From: Methylophilus sp.
GTDB lineage: Bacteria > Pseudomonadota > Gammaproteobacteria > Burkholderiales > Methylophilaceae
NCBI GenBank assembly: GCA_030696695.1
Contig: JAUYRP010000001.1
Location: 70,775-134,774, forward strand
DNA: 64,000 bases
Direction of reading: 5' to 3'
Shown: in pieces, positions 17,905 through 27,159 of the stretch
How positions within the stretch are numbered: position 1 is the first letter of the stretch
Layout: the number at the start of each line of letters is the position of its first letter
Notes under the pieces: generated by a model
What the model saw: the letters and a program-made list of their open reading frames with translations, nothing else
The model's database searches: none
Told to the model about the DNA's origin: nothing
Made by a program: the position numbers and the translations under genes

Positions 17905-18127
17905 GGCGTAAATTCTACGGCTTAATTTTAAGGTTAACATTACATAGAATCATCTTCTTTTTACAACAAATCACTTTCCCTAGTCTGTAAGCCATTATCA
18001 ATAAGGCTTATAAAGGTATAAAATTACTCGGGAGTTTTGCGCAAAAAATAGTTTATTTAGTCGTTGATTTAGCGCATATCAACAGTCGTATTTAATTATC
18101 TTAGGAAAGTTTGCGTCTATCTTTGGC

Positions 18128-20746
18128 CTACCCCTTCAAACTCTTACTCACTACCTCAAACACATCGTTCGATAAATTGGGAGTGTCTAAAATTGTTTGT
18201 AAGGCAGCTTGCATGTGCGCTTGTAGTTGAGGCGTGTAGCGTTTCCATTCTCTAAACGGGTTGACTTGGCGCGCAGCAATTTGTGGGTTAATTGCGTTGA
18301 GCTCAATAATCACATCACGTTGCAGTGCATAACCTTGGCCACTTGGATCGTGAAATTTCACTGGGTTATAGAGCGAGAATGCCGTGTAGAGCGAACGCAC
18401 ACGATTAGGATTTTTGATATTAAACTCTTGGTGCTGGCGCAGCATGGCAAAGTCTTCAAAACTGCTATCGCGGTTGCCCATGGCTTGTAGTTTGAACCAT
18501 TTATCCACCACTAATGGGTATTGCTGATAGGTTTGGTAAAAGTGATTAAACACTTCCTCGCGTTCTGGTTGCGTACTATCCGCAAGACTGGCTAGCGCGG
18601 CCACGCGGTCGGTCATGTTGTTGGCATTAAAGTAATGCGCTTTAGCACGCGCTGCGCAACCTGTGCCTTTGGTCGCAGTTAACAGTTCTAGCACCACGTT
18701 TCGCAAAGCACGACGCCCCATTGCTTCTGGCGTAATGGCAAACTCTCCAGTATCGGTATTCGCATCATATAGCTTAGCAAGTGCTTCTTTGTGTGCGCGC
18801 TTAATTTGGGTGAGCAGGTATGTACGCGCTTGGTCAATCGCAGCAGGGTCTATCACGGCTTGATGTTGCGCAATCACCGAGATTTCTGGCAGGCTCAAAG
18901 CGCGTGCGAGTAGGGCTTTATCCGTGTTGTTGTCTAAGCCTTGTGCAATTAAATTGCCAAAATCTGCAATGAAAGTACTGATATCGGCTTGGCTATCTGC
19001 CATGACACGTTCGATATTTCGTAATGCCAGCGTTTGTCCTGCTTCCCACTTGTTAAAGCCGTCGTTGTCGTAAATCTGCAGTAGGCGTAAATCCTCATCG
19101 CTTAAATCTGTAATTAATTTAACGGGGGCAGAAAAACCGCGCAAGATAGAAGGTACTGGACAATCGCTAACCCCTTCAAAACTAAAGCTTTGCTCACGCT
19201 GTGTCATTTCTAATACTTGTGTGGGGATAATCTCTTTGCCTTGGGCATCAAGCAACCCCACTGCGATTGGAATGTGCAGAGGCTGTTTATCACTTTGGCC
19301 TGCTGTGGCAGGTTGCGATTGTTTAAAGCTGAGTGTGTAGCGTTGCTGCGCCGCGTCAAAGTGACTGCTCACTTGCAGTGTGGGCGTACCTGCTTGTTTG
19401 TACCACAAAAAGAATTGACTCATGTCGCGGCCTGAGGCATCTGCCATGCATTGCACAAAATCGTTGCAGGTCACTGCTTGTCCATCGTAGCGCGAAAAGT
19501 ATAAATCAGTCGCTTTACGGTAAGTTTCTGCCCCCAGCAAGGTGTGTTGCATACGAATGAGCTCAGCGCCTTTTTCGTACACCGTTGTGGTGTAAAAATT
19601 GCTAATTTCAATAAAACTATCAGGTTGCACTTGATGCGCCAATGGGCTGGCATCTTCGGAAAATTGCATACGACGCAACGTATTCACATCGTCAATCCGT
19701 TGCACCGCGCGTGAGTTCATATCGGCACTAAACTCTTGGTCTCTAAATACGGTGAGGCCTTCTTTAAGTGAGAGCTGAAACCAATCTCGGCAGGTCACGC
19801 GGTTGCCAGTCCAATTGTGAAAATATTCGTGTGCGACTACGCCCTCTACACTCATAAAATCAGCATCTGTCGCAGTCTCCTGTTGCGCTAGCACCAGCGC
19901 GGTATTAAAAATATTGAGCGAGGTGTTTTCCATTGCGCCCATATTAAAGTCGCTCACCGCTACAATATTAAAACGATCTAGCTCATACTCACGCCCATAG
20001 GTTTCTTCATCCCAACGCATGGATTTTTTAAGAGATTGCATGGCATGGTCGCACTGCGTTTCATCGCCTGGCCGCACATAAATGCGTAAATCCACCTTGC
20101 GACCAGACATGGTGGTGAAGCTATCCGTAATGTGCACCAAATTGCCTGCCACCAAGGCAAATAAGTAGCAAGGTTTGGGGAATGGGTCATGCCATTCAAT
20201 AAAATGGCGACCGTTTTCCAAGTCTCCTTCAGCCACCAAATTACCATTCGATAACAGCACAGGATACAACTGTTTATCTGCTTCAATACGCACACTAAAC
20301 ACACTCAACACATCGGGACGGTCTTGAAAGTAAGTAATGCGTCTAAAGCCTTCTGCTTCACATTGGGTGCAGTAGTTGCCTTGCGATTTGTATAAACCTT
20401 CTAAGGCGGTATTATTCGCTGGGTCAATTTCTGACGTGATAGTGAGCGCAAACTTTCCATCTGCAATACTGCCTGCGTTGGCAATGGTCAATTTGCCATC
20501 ATCTATCGCATAATCGCTAAACGCCTCGCCGTTCAGCAACACTTCCGTTACCGTTTGATGGTCGCCATCCAAAACTAAATCTTGGCTTTGGCTGGTAGCG
20601 TTTTTAAGGTAATCAACGGTTGAAGTGACAATGGTTTTTTCTTCTAGCAACTGAAAGTGCAACACTATTTTTTGCGCTAAAAATGGGGCTGGCGTGTAAT
20701 CTTTCAAATAGATGGTTTGTGGTGTTTTGCTGGCATCGGTTCTCAT
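18128..20746 (-). CDS. pepN: Aminopeptidase N
   Basis: GAMEN motif plus HEYFHNWTGNRVT...E zinc site. Start set at the internal ATG 20744-20746 (MRTDASKTPQTIYLKDY), because the 28 upstream codons of the ORF track look non-coding. Confidence 0.92.
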   Translation of the reverse strand: MRTDASKTPQTIYLKDYTPAPFLAQKIVLHFQLLEEKTIVTSTVDYLKNATSQSQDLVLDGDHQTVTEVLLNGEAFSDYAIDDGKLTIANAGSIADGKFALTITSEIDPANNTALEGLYKSQGNYCTQCEAEGFRRITYFQDRPDVLSVFSVRIEADKQLYPVLLSNGNLVAEGDLENGRHFIEWHDPFPKPCYLFALVAGNLVHITDSFTTMSGRKVDLRIYVRPGDETQCDHAMQSLKKSMRWDEETYGREYELDRFNIVAVSDFNMGAMENTSLNIFNTALVLAQQETATDADFMSVEGVVAHEYFHNWTGNRVTCRDWFQLSLKEGLTVFRDQEFSADMNSRAVQRIDDVNTLRRMQFSEDASPLAHQVQPDSFIEISNFYTTTVYEKGAELIRMQHTLLGAETYRKATDLYFSRYDGQAVTCNDFVQCMADASGRDMSQFFLWYKQAGTPTLQVSSHFDAAQQRYTLSFKQSQPATAGQSDKQPLHIPIAVGLLDAQGKEIIPTQVLEMTQREQSFSFEGVSDCPVPSILRGFSAPVKLITDLSDEDLRLLQIYDNDGFNKWEAGQTLALRNIERVMADSQADISTFIADFGNLIAQGLDNNTDKALLARALSLPEISVIAQHQAVIDPAAIDQARTYLLTQIKRAHKEALAKLYDANTDTGEFAITPEAMGRRALRNVVLELLTATKGTGCAARAKAHYFNANNMTDRVAALASLADSTQPEREEVFNHFYQTYQQYPLVVDKWFKLQAMGNRDSSFEDFAMLRQHQEFNIKNPNRVRSLYTAFSLYNPVKFHDPSGQGYALQRDVIIELNAINPQIAARQVNPFREWKRYTPQLQAHMQAALQTILDTPNLSNDVFEVVSKSLKG

Positions 20747-20878
20747 ATAAGCGCTTTTTAATCTAATTATGTTGTAGGACAGTATAAAAGAGAATATGTT
20801 GTGATTGTGATGTAAATCACATGGTTGCAATTTGTTTTGGCGTAACCTATTTGTAGGTCATGTATGAGGGAGAAAATC

Positions 20879-21067
20879 ATGAAAGCCAATGTAGGTGGAA
20901 TAGATAAAATATTACGTATTGTGGTTGGTTTGGCACTCATTGCTTGGGTGTTGTTGGCGGGTGGTCCAATGTGGGCATGGATAGGCGTTTTGCCACTAGC
21001 AACCGGCTTATTCAACTTTTGCCCAGCTTATGCTTTATTGGGTTTTAAAACCTGCAAAACGGATTAA
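20879..21067 (+). CDS. DUF2892 (YgaP C-terminal-like) small membrane protein
   Basis: MKANVGGIDKILRIVVGLALI...FCPAYALLGF pattern. SD GAGGGAG precedes the ATG at 20879. Confidence 0.75.
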   Translation: MKANVGGIDKILRIVVGLALIAWVLLAGGPMWAWIGVLPLATGLFNFCPAYALLGFKTCKTD

Positions 21068-21075
21068 CACCTCGT

Positions 21076-21106
21076 AAAAAAAGGGTGGCATTTGCCACCC
21101 TTTTTA
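21076..21106. terminator. Bidirectional rho-independent terminator between DUF2892 gene and ahpF
   Basis: AAAAAAGGGTGGCATTTGCCACCCTTTTT: a GC-rich 7-bp stem (GGGTGGC / GCCACCC, 4-nt loop ATTT) flanked by an A-tract and a T-tract. Confidence 0.85.
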
Positions 21107-21114
21107 ATTGCTGC

Positions 21115-22704
21115 TTATTGCCTAATGATGTAATCAAACGCGCCTAAGGCGGCTTTCGAACCTTCACCCATGGCAATGATGATTTGCTTGTATGGGGTAG
21201 TTGTGACATCCCCTGCCGCAAACACACCTGGTAACGAGGTCGCATTATGGTGATTGATTTCAATCTCACCAAACTTGCTCAAATCCACCGTGCCTTTTAA
21301 CCAGTCGGTATTCGGTACCAAACCAATTTGTACAAACACACCGTCCACGGCTAAGTGTTTAGATTCACCTGTCACACGATCCGTGTATGTTAAGCCGTTC
21401 ATCTTATTGCCGTCACCGGTAATTTCAGTGGTTTGTGCGCTGGTAATTACGGTCACATTTGACAATGTATGCAATTTCTTTTGCAACACGGCATCGGCTT
21501 TTAATGTGGTATCAAACTGCAACAATGTCACATGCCCCACAAAATTGGCCAAATCAATTGCAGCCTCTACACCAGAGTTACCACCACCTACCACAGCCAC
21601 AGGTTTACCTTTAAACAAGGGGCCATCGCAATGTGGGCAGTAAGCAACACCTTTACCACGGTACTCTTTTTCGCCTGGCACATTCATCTCGCGCCAGCGT
21701 GCGCCTGTCGCTAAAATCACAGCTTTACTTTTGAGTGTGGCACCGCTGTCTAACTTCAACTCAATCAAGTCATGATTTTTGTTGCCGTGCTTACCTGGCT
21801 CACTCAGCATATTGGCGCGTTGTAAGTTAATCACCTCAATATCATAAGATTTCACGTGCTCTTCCAACGCGGCAACCAGTTTAGGGCCTTCGGTTTCTTT
21901 CACTGAAATAAAGTTTTCAATACCTAATGTGTCCATCACTTGACCGCCAAAACGCTCTGCCACAATGGCCGTTTTAAAGCCTTTACGTGCTGAGTAAATC
22001 GCTGCAGATGCTCCGGCTGGACCACCACCCACAATCAACACATCATAAGGCGCTTTAGCGTCTAATTTCTTAGCTTCACGTGCGACTGCACCTGTATCCA
22101 CCTTGGCTAAAATCTCTTCTAGCTCCATACGGCCAGCGCCAAAGATTTCACCATTTAAAAATATCGTGGGCACCGACATAATGTCTCTAGCTTTGACTTC
22201 TTCTTGATACAGCGCACCATCAATCATCACATGTGTGATGTTTGGGTTGATGACCGACATCATGTTCAATGCTTGCACTACGTCTGGGCAGTTATGGCAG
22301 CTTAATGAAATGTAAGTCTCAAAATGAAAGCTACCTTCAATAGCGGCAATTTGCTCAATTTTTTCTGGCTCCAATTTCATGGGGTGACCACCAGTGTGCA
22401 ACAAAGCTAAAACCAATGAAGTAAACTCGTGTCCCATTGGGATACCCGCAAAACGAACGCCCACAGATTTGCTTGCATCTTTGTGGCTAGGCGCACGTCT
22501 TACCGCAAAAGAGGGCTTTCGTGCATCTGCCTCGTGCACGAGGGTTATTTTGTCAGACATGCCAGCAATTTCTTCTAATAAGCTTTGCATTTCATTGGCC
22601 GCGGTGCTGCCATCTAGAGATGCCACCAACTCAATCGGCTCACGTAGCATGGCTAAGTAAGTTTGCAATTGCGTTTTAATGTTTGCTTCTAATGCCATAT
22701 TCAC
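21115..22704 (-). CDS. ahpF: Alkyl hydroperoxide reductase subunit F
   Basis: 529 aa. Redox centres CHNCPDV and CPHCDGP. Two GxGxxG folds (VGGGPAG, VGGGNSG). Confidence 0.95.
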   Translation of the reverse strand: MNMALEANIKTQLQTYLAMLREPIELVASLDGSTAANEMQSLLEEIAGMSDKITLVHEADARKPSFAVRRAPSHKDASKSVGVRFAGIPMGHEFTSLVLALLHTGGHPMKLEPEKIEQIAAIEGSFHFETYISLSCHNCPDVVQALNMMSVINPNITHVMIDGALYQEEVKARDIMSVPTIFLNGEIFGAGRMELEEILAKVDTGAVAREAKKLDAKAPYDVLIVGGGPAGASAAIYSARKGFKTAIVAERFGGQVMDTLGIENFISVKETEGPKLVAALEEHVKSYDIEVINLQRANMLSEPGKHGNKNHDLIELKLDSGATLKSKAVILATGARWREMNVPGEKEYRGKGVAYCPHCDGPLFKGKPVAVVGGGNSGVEAAIDLANFVGHVTLLQFDTTLKADAVLQKKLHTLSNVTVITSAQTTEITGDGNKMNGLTYTDRVTGESKHLAVDGVFVQIGLVPNTDWLKGTVDLSKFGEIEINHHNATSLPGVFAAGDVTTTPYKQIIIAMGEGSKAALGAFDYIIRQ

Positions 22705-22789
22705 TCTCTTTCAATTCAATCAATACGTTTCAATGTAGTTCTCATACCTATTCTTCAGTGGTCAAAAAAACGTGTATGAGAAATACTGC

Positions 22790-22822
22790 TGAAAATAAAA
22801 GCTTTATCTTTTGGATAAAGCT
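22790..22822 (-). terminator. Intrinsic terminator/attenuator hairpin inside the ahpC-ahpF spacer
   Basis: The minus strand reads AGCTTTATC-CAAAA-GATAAAGCT followed by TTTTATTTTC. A second hairpin, TTCCGC-CAAAA-GCGGAA, lies at 22840-22856. Confidence 0.5.
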
Positions 22823-22999
22823 CAATTCATTTACGTACTTTCCGCTTTTGGCGGAAACAATCACAAGTAACACTTCAATTCAGAGTTTGGGTTGTAGTGC
22901 GAGGCGCATGTTACCTAAGTGCCGAGATAGTACAGTGAGTACAGCAAGGTGATTAGGTGACATGCAACAACGCAATACGCTCAAAAAATGAATTGAGGA

Positions 23000-23563
23000 T
23001 TAGATCTTGCCTACTAAATCTAATGACGGTGTTAATGTTTCAGCACCTTCTTGCCATTTAGCTGGGCATACTTGACCTGGATGGCTAGCAGTAAATTGCG
23101 CAGCTTTCAATTTACGCAATGTTTCTTTCACATCACGTGCAATTTCATTGCTGTGAATTTCAACTGTTTTAATCACGCCTTCTGGATTGATCACAAATGT
23201 ACCGCGCAATGCCAAACCTTCTTCATCAATATGCACGTCAAATGCGCGCGTTAATTGGTGAGTTGGGTCGCCAACCAATGGGAATTTTGCTTTGCCCACT
23301 GCTGGTGAAGTCTCATGCCATACTTTGTGAGAGAAGTGAGTATCTGTAGTGACGATGTACACTTCAGCACCTGCTTTTTGAAATTCAGCGTAGTTATCAG
23401 CTGCATCTTCTACTTCTGTTGGGCAGTTAAATGTGAACGCTGCTGGCATAAAAATCACCACTGACCATTTGCCTTGTAGGCTAGCGTCAGTTACTTCGAT
23501 AAATTTACCGTTATGAAAAGCCTGTGCTTTAAATGGTTGTACTTGTGTATTGATCAATGACAT
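23000..23563 (-). CDS. ahpC: Peroxiredoxin AhpC (alkyl hydroperoxide reductase subunit C)
   Basis: 187 aa. Peroxidatic Cys in FTFNCPTE and resolving Cys in QVCPAKW. Confidence 0.95.
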   Translation of the reverse strand: MSLINTQVQPFKAQAFHNGKFIEVTDASLQGKWSVVIFMPAAFTFNCPTEVEDAADNYAEFQKAGAEVYIVTTDTHFSHKVWHETSPAVGKAKFPLVGDPTHQLTRAFDVHIDEEGLALRGTFVINPEGVIKTVEIHSNEIARDVKETLRKLKAAQFTASHPGQVCPAKWQEGAETLTPSLDLVGKI

Positions 23564-23604
23564 TGTAATTTCCTCTTCTAGTGGTTAAAAAAATATTGAA
23601 ATGC

Positions 23605-23633
23605 ATTGTAACAACGCATTTCAATTAAGTAAA
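23605..23633 (-). promoter_or_regulatory. Candidate sigma-70 promoter of ahpC (TTTACT-N17-TACAAT)
   Basis: On the minus strand, -35 TTTACT is at 23628-23633 and -10 TACAAT at 23605-23610, with a 17-nt spacer. It lies about 40 nt upstream of the ahpC ATG. Confidence 0.4.
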
Positions 23634-23670
23634 ATTGATTAGTTTAATAGGTGTGATAAGTAATATTTAT
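23634..23670 (-). promoter_or_regulatory. OxyR-type (LysR) binding site candidate abutting the ahpC -35
   Basis: The minus strand reads ATAA-N7-TTAT-N7-ATTA-N7-CAAT. This has the same 4+7 periodicity as the OxyR consensus ATAG-N7-CTAT-N7-ATAG-N7-CTAT. Confidence 0.4.
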
Positions 23671-23817
23671 TATAAGTACCATTTGGTGTTGCTTACCTAA
23701 CTATATTAAGTCCTGCATCAGCGTTAGCCATGTTTTAGTTCGCACTGCTTAAGTTTAACTTTGCTACGTGACGCTTGTATTAACTAGCGCTATCTATTAC
23801 AGCATGCGTAGCGCAAA

Positions 23818-24585
23818 CTAGATTGAAACCTGAATCTCACTTTGACCTGCATATCCCATATTGTCCTGCCATTTGACTATCACCATGTCGCCCAATTTGG
23901 CGCCTGCCACATAAAATGTAAAGTAAGGGTTTTTTGAAATGGCTGTGCTGCAATGTGCTTCCAATACTTTGCGGCCATTTAAGGTCGCCTCCAAAGTTTG
24001 GATAAAATGCGCAGGAATCAGCTGACCAGCACTGTTTTTAGCACGTCCCGTGGTCATGGGATGCACAATAATTACTTTAACCTCCGCAATCTCATCCACC
24101 AGCTTTGCGCGCATTTTCATGCTGCTTTCAAACTTAGCATCCGTGTCCGAGCCACCGCAACCGTCTTCCAACACCACCACTTGCTTGGTTTTGGTGTAAT
24201 ACTGGTTGCCCACTTTTGCAATCACTTTTACTTGCGAGGTCTGCGCCATTTTAATCCGCGTGACCAAGCGCGCTTGCGCACCAGATGACAACATTACATT
24301 CGCAATCAGCGGGGTTGGGTTCTCTGCCACAAACAATGCAATCGCCTCTGTATTGGCGAGTTTACAAATAATTTCAACTTGCACCACCGCACCGTTCTCT
24401 GCGCGGTCTGGCGCAATCAGCGTAATCTCATCGGTCGGTATCTCGCCACTAATCTCCAAACCTTGCGTGGCTTGTTGTAAATCTGTGGCTTCAAAAGCAG
24501 GTTTATTCCAAACCGCGGCTAGCGCATTGATGGGGACTAAAAAAAGGCCCAAAAAACATTGTATAAAGGTGCGGCGTTGCATCAT
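23818..24585 (-). CDS. Tat-exported SoxY-SoxZ fusion (SoxYZ-like sulfur carrier protein)
   Basis: Tat-type signal MMQRRTFIQ...INALA. The SoxY-like half ends in VVVLEDGCGGS (carrier Cys motif). The SoxZ-like half has MRAKL...VKVIIVHPMTTG...GQLIPAHFIQTLEATLNGRKV...ISKNPYFTFYV. Confidence 0.75.
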   Translation of the reverse strand: MMQRRTFIQCFLGLFLVPINALAAVWNKPAFEATDLQQATQGLEISGEIPTDEITLIAPDRAENGAVVQVEIICKLANTEAIALFVAENPTPLIANVMLSSGAQARLVTRIKMAQTSQVKVIAKVGNQYYTKTKQVVVLEDGCGGSDTDAKFESSMKMRAKLVDEIAEVKVIIVHPMTTGRAKNSAGQLIPAHFIQTLEATLNGRKVLEAHCSTAISKNPYFTFYVAGAKLGDMVIVKWQDNMGYAGQSEIQVSI

Positions 24586-26147
24586 TATCCTCTGAGTTCT
24601 TTTTCAATGCCTTGTCGGCGTCGCAGCTCTTTTAATCGCGCTTCGACGATCGAACGTTCGTAGAAATTGCCGTCTTTTGCTTTAGAAGCCAGCTCCATTT
24701 GTTCTACCGCTCGATTCACATCATATTGGCGAAAGTAGGCTTCTGCTTGCGCTTGGTGCTTGAGCAACACTTGACCTTTCATTGTATAGGCCTTGGCTAA
24801 CAGCTCATAAAAATGCGCATCTTTAGGAAACAACCGCAACTTGTCATTCACCAGCTTAATCGCTTTATCAGGCTGCCTGCTATCTATATAAGTATCGGCA
24901 TAGCCGTACACCAATGCGCGATGCATCGGATATTTTTGCATGGCTTGTACGTAAATCTCCTGCGCTTTTGCCAGCTGTCGATTGCTTACTTCTATGGTTG
25001 CAGCTAGTGTTTCAATATTTGGATGCGGCGCCGCGTTGGCCTTAAGCCATTGCAATTGTTGCGCGCTATTTTTTACGTCATTTTTACGCAAGAACGCATA
25101 GGCCAAACCATAATGCTCTGCTGCCTCGCTATTAAAACGACGCTCTCGAATATTGTCTTCAAACTCATCAATCGCCGTTTGTGGCAAGCCAATACCCGCA
25201 CGAATTTTGGCGCGTGCTAAATAAAAATCTAGACTATCTTTGGATTGTTTGTAAGATAAGTTTTGTACGCGATTCGATACATCGGCAATACGTTCTGCGG
25301 TCAGCGGGTGGGTACGCAAAAAGCTAGGCGCACTGCCTTCTACAAAACGTGTCCCGCGTTGCATGGTGGTAAAAAATGATGGCATCGCACGCACATCAAA
25401 TCCAGCATTGTCCAGTATTGCCAGCCCCACCCTATCGGCTTCACGTTCGTGCTCGCGCGTGTAATCCAATTGACGTTGTAAGGTAGAAGCCGAAGCCGTG
25501 ACCATGGCCCCAGTTGCCAATTGCGGATTACTTCTAGCCACCAACAAAGCCAACGCAGTCGTCGCAATATTTTTAAATGTATCGTACTTTTGCGAGGCCA
25601 ATATACGCGCCAGATGACGTTGTGTCACATGCCCAATCTCATGGCCAAGTACGCTGGCTAATTCAGATTCATTATTGGCGGCAATAAACAACCCTGTATG
25701 CACGCCAATCACTCCACCGGGCATGGCAAATGCGTTTATCGAATTATCATTCACCACAAAAAAACTAAAGGTTTGACGTTTATCAGGACTAGCTGCGGCC
25801 AGCTTATTGCCCAAGGCTTGCAAATAATCGGTGATTTCAGGGTCTTGTAACACCTGATCGCTGATATACACCTCACGCATAATTTGGTCTGCAATGCGTT
25901 GTTCATCCTGCGGCGTTAACACGGTTTGCGCAATATCACCCAAATCTGGTAAATCATTGGCGTAATCACGCGGCAAACTGGTATCTAAATCGGATGGTGG
26001 CGAATAAGGCTTACCAGTCAGAGATGGTCTTGTTTGCTCAGCAGCAGCCACGGTGGCTGGCATCGCGCCCAGCAATAATGCACCCAAGCAACACGCGCTA
26101 AGCTTTTTAACTAATAATGTGGGTGTATATGATAACTGTGGACTCAT
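24585..26147 (-). CDS. Periplasmic M48 zinc metalloprotease with TPR-like C-terminal domain (BepA/YfgC-like)
   Basis: HEIGHVTQRH zinc motif. The C-terminal half is helical-repeat rich. Start set at the internal ATG 26145-26147 (MSPQLSYTPTLLVKKLSACCLGALLLGAMPATVAA, a signal peptide). The stop overlaps the SoxYZ start (TAATG). Confidence 0.8.
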   Translation of the reverse strand: MSPQLSYTPTLLVKKLSACCLGALLLGAMPATVAAAEQTRPSLTGKPYSPPSDLDTSLPRDYANDLPDLGDIAQTVLTPQDEQRIADQIMREVYISDQVLQDPEITDYLQALGNKLAAASPDKRQTFSFFVVNDNSINAFAMPGGVIGVHTGLFIAANNESELASVLGHEIGHVTQRHLARILASQKYDTFKNIATTALALLVARSNPQLATGAMVTASASTLQRQLDYTREHEREADRVGLAILDNAGFDVRAMPSFFTTMQRGTRFVEGSAPSFLRTHPLTAERIADVSNRVQNLSYKQSKDSLDFYLARAKIRAGIGLPQTAIDEFEDNIRERRFNSEAAEHYGLAYAFLRKNDVKNSAQQLQWLKANAAPHPNIETLAATIEVSNRQLAKAQEIYVQAMQKYPMHRALVYGYADTYIDSRQPDKAIKLVNDKLRLFPKDAHFYELLAKAYTMKGQVLLKHQAQAEAYFRQYDVNRAVEQMELASKAKDGNFYERSIVEARLKELRRRQGIEKELRG

Positions 26148-26209
26148 TGTTATTATGATAATGCCTTTAGGTAGCAAGTTCACGCACAATTCAAATTAGA
26201 AAGTCACAC

Positions 26210-26692
26210 ATGAGCAAGTTAACGCATTTAAATGCACAAGGTCAGGCCCACATGGTGGACGTAGGCGATAAAGCCCATACTAAACGTACTGCTGTAGCCA
26301 TTGGCAGTATTGCTATGTTGCCAGCAACATTACAACTGATTACACAAGGTGAAGCCAAAAAGGGTGACGTGTTAGGCATCGCGCGTATTGCTGCCATCCA
26401 AGCCAGCAAAAAAACAGCTGACCTGATTCCGCTTTGCCACCCTATTGCGCTCACCAGCGTCAAAGTGAGTTTCGATGTATTGGAAGCCGAATCGACCATT
26501 GCCTGCCAAGTCACCTGTGAAACAGTTGGTCAAACTGGTGTGGAGATGGAAGCACTCACTGCAGTACAAGTGGCGCTACTGACGATTTATGATATGTGTA
26601 AAGCAGTCGATAGAGGCATGGTGATGCGTGAGATTAAACTGCTAGAAAAACATGGTGGCAAAAGTGGGGATTGGGTTGCTGTTGGTCATTAA
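26210..26692 (+). CDS. moaC: Cyclic pyranopterin monophosphate synthase MoaC
   Basis: 160 aa. [24 protein letters not shown] and VEMEALTAV motifs. Confidence 0.95.
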   Translation: MSKLTHLNAQGQAHMVDVGDKAHTKRTAVAIGSIAMLPATLQLITQGEAKKGDVLGIARIAAIQASKKTADLIPLCHPIALTSVKVSFDVLEAESTIACQVTCETVGQTGVEMEALTAVQVALLTIYDMCKAVDRGMVMREIKLLEKHGGKSGDWVAVGH

Positions 26693-26896
26693 CCAGATTG
26701 AATGTTAGCTATCGCACAGTAAAAAAGGAGGCTTTATTGCATACTGGTTGTGATATGTCTTGAATGGGATATATGCAGATAAGTTTGACGTAAACATGTT
26801 GTTGAATTTTTTAGCAATAGCCATCAATTTGCTATTTTTCCTCCATCATCGATAAACGTCATCCTGATTAAAAATTAAAACCAGAGGAGAATAAAA

Positions 26897-27088
26897 ATGG
26901 ATGTGATAGTAAATCTTATTGTGTATTTAGTGGTGTTTGGTCTGATTTGGTGGTTAGTTGCCATGCTGCCTTTACCAGCACCAGTGGCTCAAATCGTACG
27001 TGTGCTTTTCATCATTTTATTGATCGTTATTGTTTTGACAGCGTTTGGGATTTTACCTGGTGGATACCTACCTTCTATTAAACTTTAA
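26897..27088 (+). CDS. Small hydrophobic two-TM protein (hypothetical)
   Basis: 63 aa, almost entirely hydrophobic. Strong SD AGAGGAGA upstream and its own terminator downstream. Confidence 0.55.
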   Translation: MDVIVNLIVYLVVFGLIWWLVAMLPLPAPVAQIVRVLFIILLIVIVLTAFGILPGGYLPSIKL

Positions 27089-27107
27089 TTGTTAATCAAG
27101 TTATTTT

Positions 27108-27141
27108 AAAGGCCTAGAAATTTGATTTTCTAGGCCTTTTG
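27108..27141. terminator. Rho-independent terminator (AGGCCTAGAAA-loop-TTTCTAGGCCT + TTTT)
   Basis: 11-bp perfect stem at 27110-27137 followed by a T-tract. It lies between convergent genes. Confidence 0.8.
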
Positions 27142-27159
27142 TTTATACAGAATACGTAA

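Noticed and set aside
22683-22952. 89-aa ORF on the + strand in the ahpC-ahpF spacer
   Set aside because: It is antisense to the ahpCF transcript and overlaps the ahpF start. It has no RBS and is composed of hairpin sequences, so it is likely spurious.
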